Virus record (IMG/VR): IMGVR_UViG_2648501797_000005
Coordinates: 1 to 46,841 of that record
Strand: one strand, 5' to 3'
DNA length: 46,841 bases
Origin: a virus
Lineage: Duplodnaviria; Heunggongvirae; Uroviricota; Caudoviricetes
In this document: piece after piece, positions 8,849 to 21,100 of the stretch
Position numbering within the stretch: the stretch's first letter is position 1
Layout: each line of letters starts with the position of its first letter
Notes under the pieces: model-generated
Database searches by the model: none
What the model saw: the letters and a program-made list of their open reading frames with translations, nothing else
Told to the model about the DNA's origin: nothing
Translations under genes and position numbers: made by a program

Positions 8849-9882
8849 GCACTACCTGCCTTAATGAAAGGGGAAGCCTCAATAATTGTTACCCATGCCT
8901 CTGCCGTTGGTTGCCTGCTATTCCCTAACAGGCGAACGGAGTTCACAATAAAGTCGCCAGTAAAGGCAGAGTCTTCTCGATACTGAGAGTACGAAGAGGC
9001 CTGTATCAACGGAGTGCTTTTTTTAGGCATCAGGATGTGATCGCCAACCTGAATATCACCGCGCATTACGCACGCCATGCTGATTGTGTTAAATGCCACC
9101 CATGTCGGCTGCCCTATCAAATCCTTGAAATCTATTTGGGTTGGGCTGTTGCTTCTGGCTACGGCGCTGGAAACAGAAGTCTTATCCGGGTGGTTATCAT
9201 AATCGTTATCCCATACCCGGATCTCATTACCATTCACTATTGCGATCTCTACACCAGAGTACCCGCTATCGCGAATTCTGGAACGTGAAAAAGCATTAAG
9301 GTCCTTGGCCAGGGTGACAATGTCATCACAAAACAGCCCCCGGTAATGATTAAGGATTAGCCGGTCGCTTATGTTGATATTGTACGTATACCCTCTGATG
9401 TTCATAAAACACTGCGTGAGGGCTACAGAAAGCTTCTGCCCCTCCTTCCAGTCAAAGGTTAAAGGAAGGGGTACGGGTTTGTTATTTGGCACGTTCTGGA
9501 CAGGACCAACCACGATTATGAAGTCAAGTCGTAACTCAATACCCTGCCAGTTACCAAATACCTGATTTATCACGCCATCCAATACCAGTTTTGGTGCGGT
9601 AACCTTGCCAGCCAATGGCAGCCCGTCTTTCATCCCAAGGAATATTTTAATTTTTTTGCCAAAAAAATTCTGGCGAGCCTGCTGCATTTCTTTTGGGCCA
9701 ATACCCCAGATGGTCAGGTGAGTTTCGCCCTGGGGAGTCGATTCACCGTACCTGAGGATATCAAACTCAATCATCAGGGCGCCGGGGTTGTAAACTCCGT
9801 TCTTATGGCTACTGTATTTTATCGTTCTTTCCGGAGAGGCACCTTCAGCAGGAATAGTTATCTCAATATCATAATATCTCAT
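8845..9882 (-). CDS. tail protein (345 aa)
   Basis: Order and coupling only. Confidence 0.35.
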   Translation of the reverse strand: MRYYDIEITIPAEGASPERTIKYSSHKNGVYNPGALMIEFDILRYGESTPQGETHLTIWGIGPKEMQQARQNFFGKKIKIFLGMKDGLPLAGKVTAPKLVLDGVINQVFGNWQGIELRLDFIIVVGPVQNVPNNKPVPLPLTFDWKEGQKLSVALTQCFMNIRGYTYNINISDRLILNHYRGLFCDDIVTLAKDLNAFSRSRIRDSGYSGVEIAIVNGNEIRVWDNDYDNHPDKTSVSSAVARSNSPTQIDFKDLIGQPTWVAFNTISMACVMRGDIQVGDHILMPKKSTPLIQASSYSQYREDSAFTGDFIVNSVRLLGNSRQPTAEAWVTIIEASPFIKAGSA

Positions 9883-10157
9883 GAACTGTTTACCTCAATC
9901 AGTCCATTCTGTTCGCGCCAGTACATGGAGGACGAATTAAACACTCCGGAGATAATATTTATTCCACCGTTAAGCTCGGAGCCAACGAGCGGGGTATTTA
10001 GAATGGTATTCCCAGAGCCATCTGTAATGAGGACATACCACCTCAGCCCGGCAATGTTCCATTTAACCTGGCAGTTATAGACGGTGCCATCAAGGATCGG
10101 TGTAAATGTCATGCTTTGACGATCATTGCCGGTAAACGGATAATTCTGGGTTGTCAT
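9879..10157 (-). CDS. small tail protein (92 aa)
   Basis: Order and coupling only. Confidence 0.35.
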   Translation of the reverse strand: MTTQNYPFTGNDRQSMTFTPILDGTVYNCQVKWNIAGLRWYVLITDGSGNTILNTPLVGSELNGGINIISGVFNSSSMYWREQNGLIEVNSS

Positions 10158-10864
10158 GGCCCTACCCCCAACTTACCCAATAGGCCGGTTATTGCTTCCG
10201 ATACAGAGCTCCCGAGAGGCGTGTTGCCAAGAGCATTGGCGGTATTAGTCCAGGATGGGTCGGTTACCATATCCCCGGCGCCAATCTTGTTTAAAAAATT
10301 GTTCACGGCCTGCTCTGCACCATTATCGGTTATCAGTGGCTGCTCGAAATCCCATATCCATGAACGCTGTGGTAATGGATCGTTACCAGAGGTAATGTCC
10401 CTCACTACACGCAAAATGCAGTTGCTATAGATAACGGATGGGGTGGCGACGATAAACGTGCCGCCTAAGTTAGAATGCGCCTGAAGGACAGACTGCAAAG
10501 CACTCATAGTGACTAGCTTTGTCATCGCCCCGGTGTTTTCATTGACCGGGGCCTCCATTACCAACGAAACGCGCAAAGGCTGAGCAAGCAAGGCGTTCGC
10601 AGCTACTACCTGGTTGGCGAAAGGGTATCTGGCAATTTCATAATCAACCATTGTGGCGCCCTGAACCGGGCGCCAGTGGCAGAAATATTTATCCAGATCG
10701 GTTAGGTTTATGGCTCCTCCAAGCAGCCCCGTAACAAAGCTCGCGCTCTGCGTCAAAGCGACGATCGGGAGCATTCCTCCAGGAATGGCCTGCGCTATCC
10801 CTCCGCAAAGTATTACTGGGGATATTTCAAAACCCAGCTTATACATTTCACGTGTGAATCCCAT
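10154..10864 (-). CDS. tail protein (236 aa)
   Basis: Order and coupling only. Confidence 0.4.
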   Translation of the reverse strand: MGFTREMYKLGFEISPVILCGGIAQAIPGGMLPIVALTQSASFVTGLLGGAINLTDLDKYFCHWRPVQGATMVDYEIARYPFANQVVAANALLAQPLRVSLVMEAPVNENTGAMTKLVTMSALQSVLQAHSNLGGTFIVATPSVIYSNCILRVVRDITSGNDPLPQRSWIWDFEQPLITDNGAEQAVNNFLNKIGAGDMVTDPSWTNTANALGNTPLGSSVSEAITGLLGKLGVGP

Positions 10865-12681
10865 TACCTCGCCCCCAATTGCGCTGAAGTTACCACTGCA
10901 TTCCCACCGGTATTGTTATAGATCTGAATGACTGTGCTCTCAGAAACTCTGCTACCAGCCCCTTCTTTTTGAGATATAGCAGAAATGAGTTTCGCGATAA
11001 CCTGAGGATCATTGAGATTCAGTTTCTGATTCTCATTAAATCCAGTAGTTTTAACCACATGCCGAATATACTCAGCGGTATTATTTTCCTTAGGAGGAGC
11101 CCATTTTCTTGCAATATCTCCTACCGTATTTATTCCTTTAGCGCCATACATTTGAAGTTGCTTTGTCGCCGCCAGTACGCCTTCATCCAGCGTTGGGAAG
11201 ACGGCAAATTTACCGCTTCTCGTATTCTCGCTGCTATATCCTTCAGCCCACCGCAGATTTCCCGGATTATTAAATCGATCTGCAATAGTCCTGTTTCTGT
11301 CGGAAGTATTTGCAGGTGTGGGATCAACAGCTTTAACGGTTCCATCTTCAAAGAAGCGCCTAACACCCTTGAGCCAGCCCCATACATGCGGGTCATCATT
11401 GCTTCCAGGAGTATAGGATTTTCCCGTTTTCGGATCGATGATGGTGCTTGGGCTCAACATCGTTGACCCGGATGATATATCCGCAGTAGAGATACTCGCT
11501 TTCCCTGTTACCCAATCAATAACCTTGCCAATTAGATTTCCCATTTTCTCTACTTTGTCCATAAAGTTGCTTACATCTGTGGAAAATTCAGGAGAAGCGA
11601 GGTAATTACCGAATCGCTCAATGCCGCCGGCCAGCGCATCAATCCACTTGCCGAGTTCGGGTGATTTCAGAACGGTATCGATCGCGCCTGACAGCGCATC
11701 AGACAGCTTGCTCAGTTGCGGCGTGAGTGGCCCAAGGCCGCGCACAAACGTGTTCCTGATGCTCTGGCTGCTGTAGTCGAGTTGGACGTTAAAATCCTGC
11801 CACTGGCGCGCCTGCTGGTCGGTAATTTGCAACATACGCGCATCCTGCTGCGCGCGCTTCTCCATGGCGGTGATCTCTTCATCGCTCATGTTTTTGAAGC
11901 GGTTCAGGTCGTCCAGTGTAAAGAAGTTTGTCAGGCCGTGCGCCTGTGCGCCCTGCAGCGTGCTGCCGTTCTGCACGAAGATATCGCGCGCATTACGGAT
12001 CATCTGCGGGAGCAGTTTGGCCGGGTCCTGGTCGGGGTTGTTAATCCCCATCGCCTGAAACGTCCAGCGCTTCGACAGGTCCATTTGCGAATCGCGGATA
12101 GCGCCCAGCGTACCCGCCGGATTACCCAGCGCTTTCTGGTAGTTTATGGCGGTGGAATCAAGTGCGCCGATGCTCGTCCCGAGCCCGAGAGAGGTAAACC
12201 GCTGGGCGCCGGTGGTGGCCGCCAGCCGGTTGATGCCAAACAGGCCGCCAACGCCCAGGACGCCGGTAAATATCCCGACAATACCACCCCAGGACAGAAG
12301 GCTGGCCGTCGCTTCCTTGATATGCCCTGCCAGCGATTTAGCGTCTTTCGTCGCATCGCTGAGGAAGCCCTTCGCAGATCGGGTGCTTTTGTTGAATTCG
12401 TCCTGCTTTTTCTTCGAGTCTTCCAGGTTGGTATTGAGCCGATCGATACCGCTGTTGATGGTCAGAATGGCCTCGGCCACGGCATTAAACTCCGCGCCTA
12501 ACTCCTTCGCCTCACCTTTGGCCTTTTCGGTCTGCTTGCTGCTTTCTCCAATACCAACGGCAGCTACCCGCCATGCTTCCGGTAAATCATCCAGCGCGCT
12601 CTGGTACTCGCGAAACCTTTCCATAAACGCGACAAACTTGTCGTCATTTACGTCAATGTCAACGATCGACTTAGCTACCAT
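10864..12681 (-). CDS. tail tape measure protein
   Basis: Coiled-coil N-terminal half followed by Gly-rich hydrophobic segment (SWGGIVGIFTGVLGVGGLFGI) typical of tape measure proteins; start taken at in-frame ATG 12681 with AGAGG Shine-Dalgarno (track ORF opens at 12747). Confidence 0.55.
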   Translation of the reverse strand: MVAKSIVDIDVNDDKFVAFMERFREYQSALDDLPEAWRVAAVGIGESSKQTEKAKGEAKELGAEFNAVAEAILTINSGIDRLNTNLEDSKKKQDEFNKSTRSAKGFLSDATKDAKSLAGHIKEATASLLSWGGIVGIFTGVLGVGGLFGINRLAATTGAQRFTSLGLGTSIGALDSTAINYQKALGNPAGTLGAIRDSQMDLSKRWTFQAMGINNPDQDPAKLLPQMIRNARDIFVQNGSTLQGAQAHGLTNFFTLDDLNRFKNMSDEEITAMEKRAQQDARMLQITDQQARQWQDFNVQLDYSSQSIRNTFVRGLGPLTPQLSKLSDALSGAIDTVLKSPELGKWIDALAGGIERFGNYLASPEFSTDVSNFMDKVEKMGNLIGKVIDWVTGKASISTADISSGSTMLSPSTIIDPKTGKSYTPGSNDDPHVWGWLKGVRRFFEDGTVKAVDPTPANTSDRNRTIADRFNNPGNLRWAEGYSSENTRSGKFAVFPTLDEGVLAATKQLQMYGAKGINTVGDIARKWAPPKENNTAEYIRHVVKTTGFNENQKLNLNDPQVIAKLISAISQKEGAGSRVSESTVIQIYNNTGGNAVVTSAQLGAR

Positions 12682-12804
12682 TGAAGAAACCTCTTTCTTT
12701 GAGCGCGGCGAGAAGGTAGCGCTGCCGGTACTGCGCCGGGCTGGCATACTCCTCGCCGGTGATCTCCCTTATCACCTGCCAGAAGCCCTCATTAGACGCC
12801 CAGT

Positions 12805-13377
12805 CTAAGAGGGTATAAATGATGTTTCCGGCTGGGCATTCTGGGTCTGGGTATCGGTAACCGGCTTCGACGTCTGCAACGAATCGCGGAACGCCGTAAC
12901 GCTCGATGAGGTTAGTTGCCCATCGTACATTTTGATCACCGTTCCCACGGTCGGTGCGATCAGGTTTGCCTTCTGAATAGCAGAGGAAACCATAAAAAAA
13001 ACCACTTCGCCTTCGATCTCACGATACTCATCAGGGTCGATAATCCCCTGATTAAATGCCACCTCAAGGGGTGTGGTTTTCCACTGGCCGCCGACGTTAT
13101 GGATAACGACCGTCAGTCGCTGAATTTCATCTACGATGTTCGGGCCTGCCCGACCGTTATCGATTTCCGCTTTCAGGCTCTGCCTCAGCATCATCGCGGC
13201 GATTCTGGCGGCGCCAAGACCACCCACCTGCGAGATGAATTTTGTGAACAGGTTCCCCAGCAGGATGCAGTGTTCTTCCACCACCTCATAGGGGAATGGC
13301 GTCACATGCAGGTAAACGATCGAGCCGTCATCGCGGGTAACGCTGGTGACCAGATTCAGTTTCTTGTCGATTTTCAT
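12805..13377 (-). CDS. tail assembly chaperone-like protein (190 aa)
   Basis: Position between putative tube and tape measure. Confidence 0.35.
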   Translation of the reverse strand: MKIDKKLNLVTSVTRDDGSIVYLHVTPFPYEVVEEHCILLGNLFTKFISQVGGLGAARIAAMMLRQSLKAEIDNGRAGPNIVDEIQRLTVVIHNVGGQWKTTPLEVAFNQGIIDPDEYREIEGEVVFFMVSSAIQKANLIAPTVGTVIKMYDGQLTSSSVTAFRDSLQTSKPVTDTQTQNAQPETSFIPS

Positions 13378-13380
13378 GCA

Positions 13381-13818
13381 TTACACCCACATGTTGTCGT
13401 TAGTGACCATGTAGCCGCTGATGGTTACCACAAAAGCCGGGTCCATCCCGCTGAAAGCCAGCTCGTTGAAGTTGACCAGGTAGCAGTTGAGCAGCGTGAT
13501 ATTGCCGAACGTCGTTGCATCCGGCGTCACCACGATTTCACCCAGCGACGTGTCGGTTAAAAAGCGCTGCCGGTAGCTTTCGCCCAGCCCCTGAGTTTTC
13601 AGAAGATGCACGGTCAGCGTTACCTGCTGATACGGTGCCTGGCTGCCGACGGTGCCGGTCATCGTAGGGATGATGTCGGTTGCCGGGCCGTCAGGACGCA
13701 GGCTAATGCCGTCCTTTGCCAGGTACGACGCCGAAACGTTCAGCGCCGGTGTATCCGTGACGGAAAGAGCCCCGCGTACGCGGTTAAGAAAGCCCTGCGG
13801 TACTAATGGGTTCGCCAT
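13381..13818 (-). CDS. putative tail tube protein (145 aa)
   Basis: Size and position directly downstream of a 464-aa protein. Confidence 0.35.
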   Translation of the reverse strand: MANPLVPQGFLNRVRGALSVTDTPALNVSASYLAKDGISLRPDGPATDIIPTMTGTVGSQAPYQQVTLTVHLLKTQGLGESYRQRFLTDTSLGEIVVTPDATTFGNITLLNCYLVNFNELAFSGMDPAFVVTISGYMVTNDNMWV

Positions 13819-13821
13819 TTT

Positions 13822-15216
13822 TTACGCCCCTACAAAGTTCGTTACGTTCACGTTAAACGTGATGGATTCGAAGCCGCGGCGCGGCGTCATGACTGCGCTC
13901 AGCCCGTTGTATTTTCCTTCCTGATAATCGGAGGGGTTCAGGCTGTTGTAGTTACTGAACGGAACGGCGTTGATCACGGCGTTGCCGGCGTAAGTGCCTT
14001 TGTCATACTCGGTGTTGAAATCTTCCTGCGTCAGTTGCGTGTCAATGACGCGACCGAGGATCAGCCCGTAGCTGATGCCATTACGCAAGGTTTTCAGAGC
14101 GCGACGCTGTAGGCGGTCAATGCCCTTCTGCTCGTAGTACAGCGGGTTAACGGTCGTGTTGGAGCCGTTGATGATTTCATTCGCCAGGTCGAGCTCAAGG
14201 TTGATCGCCGTCCACGCCACCGAATACCAGTAGTTGAACGGGTTACCGTCGAGCATGCGGCCGGTGAACAGCACTTTGTTACTGAGACCACCTTCGGCGC
14301 CGGTACCGATGTAGTTGATGTTGCTGTCCTGAAGCGATTTCAGCAGTGCGCTGTTGCCTTCCAGCGGATACTCAGTCAGGCCGTACATAAAGCGGTACGA
14401 CATCGGCGGCACCATGTTGCTCGACCCCGGGTCGTTTGCCAGGGATGACTGGAACGGGCCGGCCATGGAAAACTCGCTAGCCGGAATATCCGGAGCCTCG
14501 ACGCCAGCAAAGACAGTTTTGTTTTTCGTCGCTGTCCACGCTTCATAGGTCGCGATCGTTGTGGTGACAAAGAAGTAAACCAGACTTCCCGGCGAAGTAT
14601 AGAGGCTGGTCAGGGTTTTAAATTCATCGACCGAATCCCATTCGCGCGGCACCAGATAGGAGAAAAACTTCTGGTAGGTGTTACCCAGGGAGACGTCTTC
14701 AGCAATGAAGGTTGTCAGCGCTGCGACAGCTGCCTCCATGGACACATCGCCCAGTTCCAGCACATAAACTGCCCGCGTTTTCCCCTGGGCCCAGAACGAG
14801 GTATTCATCTGGGAAATTTCGGTCTGTACTACCGTTTTTACCGTACCCATTGCCGTTGCGCTGCCGGGGTTGGCCGTCAGCGGATAGGTGAAGGTGTTGG
14901 CACCTGTCACCGTAGCGGTATAGGCGCCATTGTACCCCGCCGGAGTCGCGCCGGAGATGATCACCGGGACCTGTGAACCGTTAGTCCATCCGTGAGCGGC
15001 AGCCAGCGTGACCGTTACCACGCCAGTATCCCAGGCGAGCGTCGAGATGGTTTTCGCCGGTGCGAGAATGTCGGCCAGGTCGGTTTCACTGGTCAGCAGC
15101 TGATATTCACCGGCATTCAGCGTCGTGCCGCCCATAGAAATCATCGCCCCGGACTTTAACAACTGCGAGGGCTTCGGCGGATTCGTCACCGACACGTTAA
15201 TATTAACAATTGCCAT
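13822..15216 (-). CDS. putative tail sheath protein (464 aa)
   Basis: Size and position ahead of tube-like and tape-measure genes; not verified by motif. Confidence 0.35.
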   Translation of the reverse strand: MAIVNINVSVTNPPKPSQLLKSGAMISMGGTTLNAGEYQLLTSETDLADILAPAKTISTLAWDTGVVTVTLAAAHGWTNGSQVPVIISGATPAGYNGAYTATVTGANTFTYPLTANPGSATAMGTVKTVVQTEISQMNTSFWAQGKTRAVYVLELGDVSMEAAVAALTTFIAEDVSLGNTYQKFFSYLVPREWDSVDEFKTLTSLYTSPGSLVYFFVTTTIATYEAWTATKNKTVFAGVEAPDIPASEFSMAGPFQSSLANDPGSSNMVPPMSYRFMYGLTEYPLEGNSALLKSLQDSNINYIGTGAEGGLSNKVLFTGRMLDGNPFNYWYSVAWTAINLELDLANEIINGSNTTVNPLYYEQKGIDRLQRRALKTLRNGISYGLILGRVIDTQLTQEDFNTEYDKGTYAGNAVINAVPFSNYNSLNPSDYQEGKYNGLSAVMTPRRGFESITFNVNVTNFVGA

Positions 15217-15220
15217 TTAC

Positions 15221-16159
15221 TTATTTCTCCGGGTCAATGGACGGAATTGCAGACGTGATCAGCTGGCGCGCTAAGTTACGCATCCGTTGCTGGTAATAAT
15301 TGATTTTGAATTTGATGGTCTTACGCATGGCGATGATGTTGAGCTCGTTCTGAGTGACTCGCTCATCCTGCACGACGGGAATATTCATGATCCCCATCTC
15401 CGGGGCATCTCCGGTCGTATAGTCCTGCACATACCGCACGAAGTCTTCAATGCTGGCGTTACGCAGGCCGGTGACCGAAAGCGTGACATCTTCCGATACC
15501 AGCTGATACTGGTTTTGCTTCTCGTCCAGATAGAACGCGCCGGCGATCGGTGACGTGTTACTGCATTTCACTGTCGCATAGGGCGGCGAAAGGTTCTGCG
15601 TTGAGAGCATCGCCGGGAACATCGGCATGTACTGATTCAGGGCCAACCAGATCGGCAACGAGCTCGACACCACCACGTCAGAGAGGTCTATGTCATCCGC
15701 AGAGTTGATGATCTGCGACCGCATGTGCGGGAAAATTGCCTCTCCGGTGTAGTGGTACAGGTTCGCCGGCTCATTCAGCCCGGTACGCCGGGAGAACGAG
15801 AACTGAACGCCAAAAAACTCGCCGATGTACAGCACCTCTGACCCGATGTCGTTAAACGGGTCGATGTCCGCCTGCGCGGTGAACGTCACCGCGTTGCGAT
15901 CGTACAGTTGCTCGTCGTCCTGAATGGTTTCGGTCGTCAGGTGCAAATAACCTTTCACATCTACCGTATCCGGCTCATTGTTCGGATCGTCTGACAGGAC
16001 CGAGGCTTTCACCCAGAACACGAATCCATCGAGCGGAAGTACCTTTCTGATGTACTTCGTGAACGTCACCACCTGGAACCGGCTCAGATCATCCAGCCCC
16101 TGTGTCAGGGTAGCGTTAAGCTCGGTTTTGGCGTTCTGTAACTCACTCAGGGAAGGCAT
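15221..16159 (-). CDS. virion morphogenesis protein (312 aa)
   Basis: Located between head and tail gene runs. Confidence 0.4.
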   Translation of the reverse strand: MPSLSELQNAKTELNATLTQGLDDLSRFQVVTFTKYIRKVLPLDGFVFWVKASVLSDDPNNEPDTVDVKGYLHLTTETIQDDEQLYDRNAVTFTAQADIDPFNDIGSEVLYIGEFFGVQFSFSRRTGLNEPANLYHYTGEAIFPHMRSQIINSADDIDLSDVVVSSSLPIWLALNQYMPMFPAMLSTQNLSPPYATVKCSNTSPIAGAFYLDEKQNQYQLVSEDVTLSVTGLRNASIEDFVRYVQDYTTGDAPEMGIMNIPVVQDERVTQNELNIIAMRKTIKFKINYYQQRMRNLARQLITSAIPSIDPEK

Positions 16160-16577
16160 TCAGCACCCCGCTTACCCAGGCTCGCATAGCTGCCTGATAG
16201 GTTCCTGTGTCAATGAACGAAGGGCGTGGCGGCCCCTTTTTGCCTTTAAAGCGCTTCGATATTCCCTCAAGCGCGCGGCGCGTTGGTACGCCAGGGAGGC
16301 CGTTCATCTCGGTGTTATCGAGGAAGCCGACAAAGAGATCGTGAACTTTGGACATTGACTCAGAGAGCGGGTCTTTTGCCGGCGGCGCGCCAGCGAACAT
16401 GTTTTCAAGCGCTGCGGCCAGGTCTTTGCTCATCAGCTCAGCGATGTCGTTCCCGTAGCGGTCAAAGAACGTCTGCATAATCTGATACCTCGCTTCCAGC
16501 TCTTCCGCTACGCTCCCCGTCGTGGTGTCCTCGTCCTCGTAGGGGATATCGATAACGCCCAGATGAAAGGTGATCAT
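16143..16577 (-). CDS. head-tail joining / completion protein (144 aa)
   Basis: Start at ATG 16577 overlapping the upstream TGA; position. Confidence 0.4.
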   Translation of the reverse strand: MITFHLGVIDIPYEDEDTTTGSVAEELEARYQIMQTFFDRYGNDIAELMSKDLAAALENMFAGAPPAKDPLSESMSKVHDLFVGFLDNTEMNGLPGVPTRRALEGISKRFKGKKGPPRPSFIDTGTYQAAMRAWVSGVLNAFPE

Positions 16578-17002
16578 GTCAGACCCCACAGGCTCCCGAA
16601 CTGCTGAGCGAACATCAGGTAGCGACGGCCCCACGGGTCCTGGAGCATCTGCAGATCTGCCAGCGACAGGTCTTTGAAGAAATCAGGGACCAGGCGCTGT
16701 GCGCTGGTAGAGTTATCCCCGGCTCCCGTGATAACCCCGGCTTTGAAGTCATTCAGCCCATATTGTTTACGGAACTCAGCAAACACAGCCTCTGTCCCGT
16801 AATTGATGAGAAACGATGCCCCAAGGTTATAAACCGCGATGCTGTACATGTTAGGCATAACGCACGCGATGTCCGGGTTAACCCATTCAATGGCGCCGCC
16901 ATAGGCGAGAGAAAAAGACGGCGAGTCGTCGGGAACCTGGTCGGGGGTGATGCCCATATCAGATCGAACGAATTCGATGAATCCCGACAGACTGGTGGTC
17001 AT
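16574..17002 (-). CDS. head-tail connector-region protein (142 aa)
   Basis: Position and coupling. Confidence 0.4.
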   Translation of the reverse strand: MTTSLSGFIEFVRSDMGITPDQVPDDSPSFSLAYGGAIEWVNPDIACVMPNMYSIAVYNLGASFLINYGTEAVFAEFRKQYGLNDFKAGVITGAGDNSTSAQRLVPDFFKDLSLADLQMLQDPWGRRYLMFAQQFGSLWGLT

Positions 17003-17481
17003 TTCTTCTTGCTCCCGGCTTTCGGCGTGACAATTTTTTCGTTGATGGTCGGGTCGTCTGAATGGTCATCGCGCCCCTTGGCCTGCTCTGCGCTGAATTC
17101 CATGTCACCTTCGTAGCCGATACCGCTTTCGCGCAGTGTGTTATCCAGCGCGGCGACGGATGCCTGCCGGCGGTTATGAGCCCCGCGGGTCAGATGACCA
17201 TCGTTATCGCGAATGGTTTTCTCAATAACGCTGGCGGAAACGGGTTTGTTGATGCTGTAGCACAGGCCGACAAATGCCTGGCTCTGGTCGATTTTGGTTG
17301 AGTCAACCAGACCGTAAACCTGATGATGCTGAATAACCGCTTCGACTTCTTCGGTCGAGCCATCCAGAACCTGCATCTGTGAGCCGTGCTCAATGGGGAT
17401 CTGGCGAAGGCGCCCGGTTTCCAGCTGGCGGAAAGTGAAGATGTGGCGCTGCTTGGTAGTGTTGGCGATGTACAGTTTCAT
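16999..17481 (-). CDS. structural protein (160 aa)
   Basis: Immediately downstream of the putative major capsid gene. Confidence 0.4.
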   Translation of the reverse strand: MKLYIANTTKQRHIFTFRQLETGRLRQIPIEHGSQMQVLDGSTEEVEAVIQHHQVYGLVDSTKIDQSQAFVGLCYSINKPVSASVIEKTIRDNDGHLTRGAHNRRQASVAALDNTLRESGIGYEGDMEFSAEQAKGRDDHSDDPTINEKIVTPKAGSKKK

Positions 17482-17553
17482 TGTTTACCCTTCGTAAAAA
17501 AGCCCCTGCACAGCGAACCATGCAGAGGCTTAAGCACTTCTCAATTTCGCGTT

Positions 17554-18585
17554 TTAGGAGCTGTATGCCATCGACAGGATGGTGATAGCTTCCGGACGGA
17601 CTGCCCAGCCAGCCGTAGAGCGCATTTCTGACAGCACGTCGATAGCGCCCCCGGGGATTGGCGTCGGGATTTCCATCGGTGCCGCCATGTCGGTGAACAT
17701 CAGGGCATTAGCCGCCAGAGACGGGCTCAGTTTGGCGAATTCGTTGGTGTTCACGGTGGAGTTAACCATCGGCACTTCCACTTCCGGGATGGTGATAACC
17801 ACCGCGTCAGTACCGCCGGCACCGGCGCCGATCAGCGTGTCGTCGTACACCCAGTCAACCTGAACATTCGCGCCACGGAGAACCTCTTTCACGGTGCCGC
17901 CGACGGTATCAGTACCGCCGCCAGGACGCTGATAAGATGTCAGCTGAACGATCTGCTGAATCTCCATCGCGCCCAGCACTCGCTGCGGCCCGAGGATAAC
18001 AACACGCTGCTGGCGACCCAGTTGCATGGTGCGGGTCAGCGCGGCCTGTACATGGCCCAGCAGATAGACAGCCATCTGTCCATGGTCGTAGGTCAGCACA
18101 GTGGTGTTGCTGTTGCTGTCCGGCGGCAGGGTTTCGGTGGTCGCGCCTGCGGTGTTCAGCAGACCTTCGCCGCCTGCCGGGTTCATGCCGTACAGCAGCG
18201 CAGAACGCAACTGCTGGAAGATGCCCTGACGCATGCCGAGACGCTGAGCTTCTGGCAGTGCCACGTTCCAGTTACCGGCCGCCGCGGTGTCGTGGTGATC
18301 GTAGATACCACGGCAGCGGAACAGGTAGGTTGGAGTGGAGATCATGCGCGCCTCGAGCGCCACGCTCGGCAGCTGGTTGGCGTTGCCGGACTGGCTGGAG
18401 GTTACCTGGGTACGAATATCCAGGCGGCGCATATAAACGTACTGGTCGCCTACGCCAAGGCGGACCTGCGGGTTACCGCTGGCGATGGTTTCGAACGCAC
18501 CGGACGCCTGCTGGTAACCAATGATCAACTCCGGCGCAATATACGACGGGTTGACGATGGTGTAGCTGGGGGTAATTGCAGCCAT
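17554..18585 (-). CDS. putative major capsid protein (343 aa)
   Basis: Size and position after scaffold-like gene. Confidence 0.5.
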   Translation of the reverse strand: MAAITPSYTIVNPSYIAPELIIGYQQASGAFETIASGNPQVRLGVGDQYVYMRRLDIRTQVTSSQSGNANQLPSVALEARMISTPTYLFRCRGIYDHHDTAAAGNWNVALPEAQRLGMRQGIFQQLRSALLYGMNPAGGEGLLNTAGATTETLPPDSNSNTTVLTYDHGQMAVYLLGHVQAALTRTMQLGRQQRVVILGPQRVLGAMEIQQIVQLTSYQRPGGGTDTVGGTVKEVLRGANVQVDWVYDDTLIGAGAGGTDAVVITIPEVEVPMVNSTVNTNEFAKLSPSLAANALMFTDMAAPMEIPTPIPGGAIDVLSEMRSTAGWAVRPEAITILSMAYSS

Positions 18586-18598
18586 TTAAAGCTCCCGA

Positions 18599-19459
18599 TT
18601 AAAGTAAGACCAGCGCGCAGCTGTCGGTGTTGTTCCAGGTAAGGAAGCCCGTAGCGCTGTCATAGCTGACAGTTTTAGAGTTCCCGCTCTCGATGGAGAT
18701 GACTTTCACCGGCAGGGTGATGTCTGCCTGAGCCACAGCGCCGATAGTGCCCTGCGTGGTCGCGGAGCCGCCCGGCGCGCTGGCAGGCGCATAGGTGAAG
18801 GTTGTCGTACTCGGTACGGTCAGCACAACGACGGTGCCGTTATAGGCAGCCGGAGCTACGCCGCTGATCTTCACGTACTGGCCTGCAGTCAGACCATGTG
18901 CAGAGGCAGTGGTGGCGGTGGCCACGCCGTTCGAGTAGGTAACAGCGGTCGTGTCAATGTCAGCACCGGCAAAAGCCGCCGCGGCTGCGGTGGTCACCTG
19001 GTTATTGACGAAGTCCCACGCCAGCGGCGTTTTCACCGATGCGCCAGCGGTTCCCAGTGCGACCACCTGCGCTGACGCTTTCAGCGGAACGCGCATGTTG
19101 GAGCCAAGGCGATAGAATGAAACGCTCATGCCGGACGCATACAGCGGAACCGGTGATTGCGGAGTGGTAAGCCCGTTGTGGGCCTGGTTGAAGACGGTGA
19201 AGCCTTCGAGCTCAGCCAGTGATACAGCGCGACGAATAGTCGACCCGCGAGGACTGGAGTTCACGCCGGGCAGCAACTCGGCAACCGGCAGGCCACCCCA
19301 CAGCGGTTTGGTTTCGGTGGTGGCGACAGTGCCGGACGCCAGGTTAAAGCGGTTTGCCGGATCATCCAGAGCAACGCCCTGAATGAAGCCATCAGACTGC
19401 ACACCGAAGGAACCAGCGGCATTCGTGGTCGCCATCGGGTTAAGAGATAAATTAGCCAT
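18599..19459 (-). CDS. virion structural protein (286 aa), possibly decoration or second scaffold
   Basis: Ala/Thr/Gly-rich protein between scaffold-like and capsid genes. Confidence 0.4.
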   Translation of the reverse strand: MANLSLNPMATTNAAGSFGVQSDGFIQGVALDDPANRFNLASGTVATTETKPLWGGLPVAELLPGVNSSPRGSTIRRAVSLAELEGFTVFNQAHNGLTTPQSPVPLYASGMSVSFYRLGSNMRVPLKASAQVVALGTAGASVKTPLAWDFVNNQVTTAAAAAFAGADIDTTAVTYSNGVATATTASAHGLTAGQYVKISGVAPAAYNGTVVVLTVPSTTTFTYAPASAPGGSATTQGTIGAVAQADITLPVKVISIESGNSKTVSYDSATGFLTWNNTDSCALVLL

Positions 19460-19474
19460 GCTTCAGAGCTCCCG

Positions 19475-21091
<1,617 letters not shown>

Positions 21092-21100
21092 TTAATGCTC

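Noticed and set aside
11716-12808. Large + strand ORFs (261 and 220 aa) opposite the tape measure gene
   Set aside because: Antisense to a gene with clear tape-measure features; Arg/Pro-rich composition typical of shadow ORFs in GC-rich DNA
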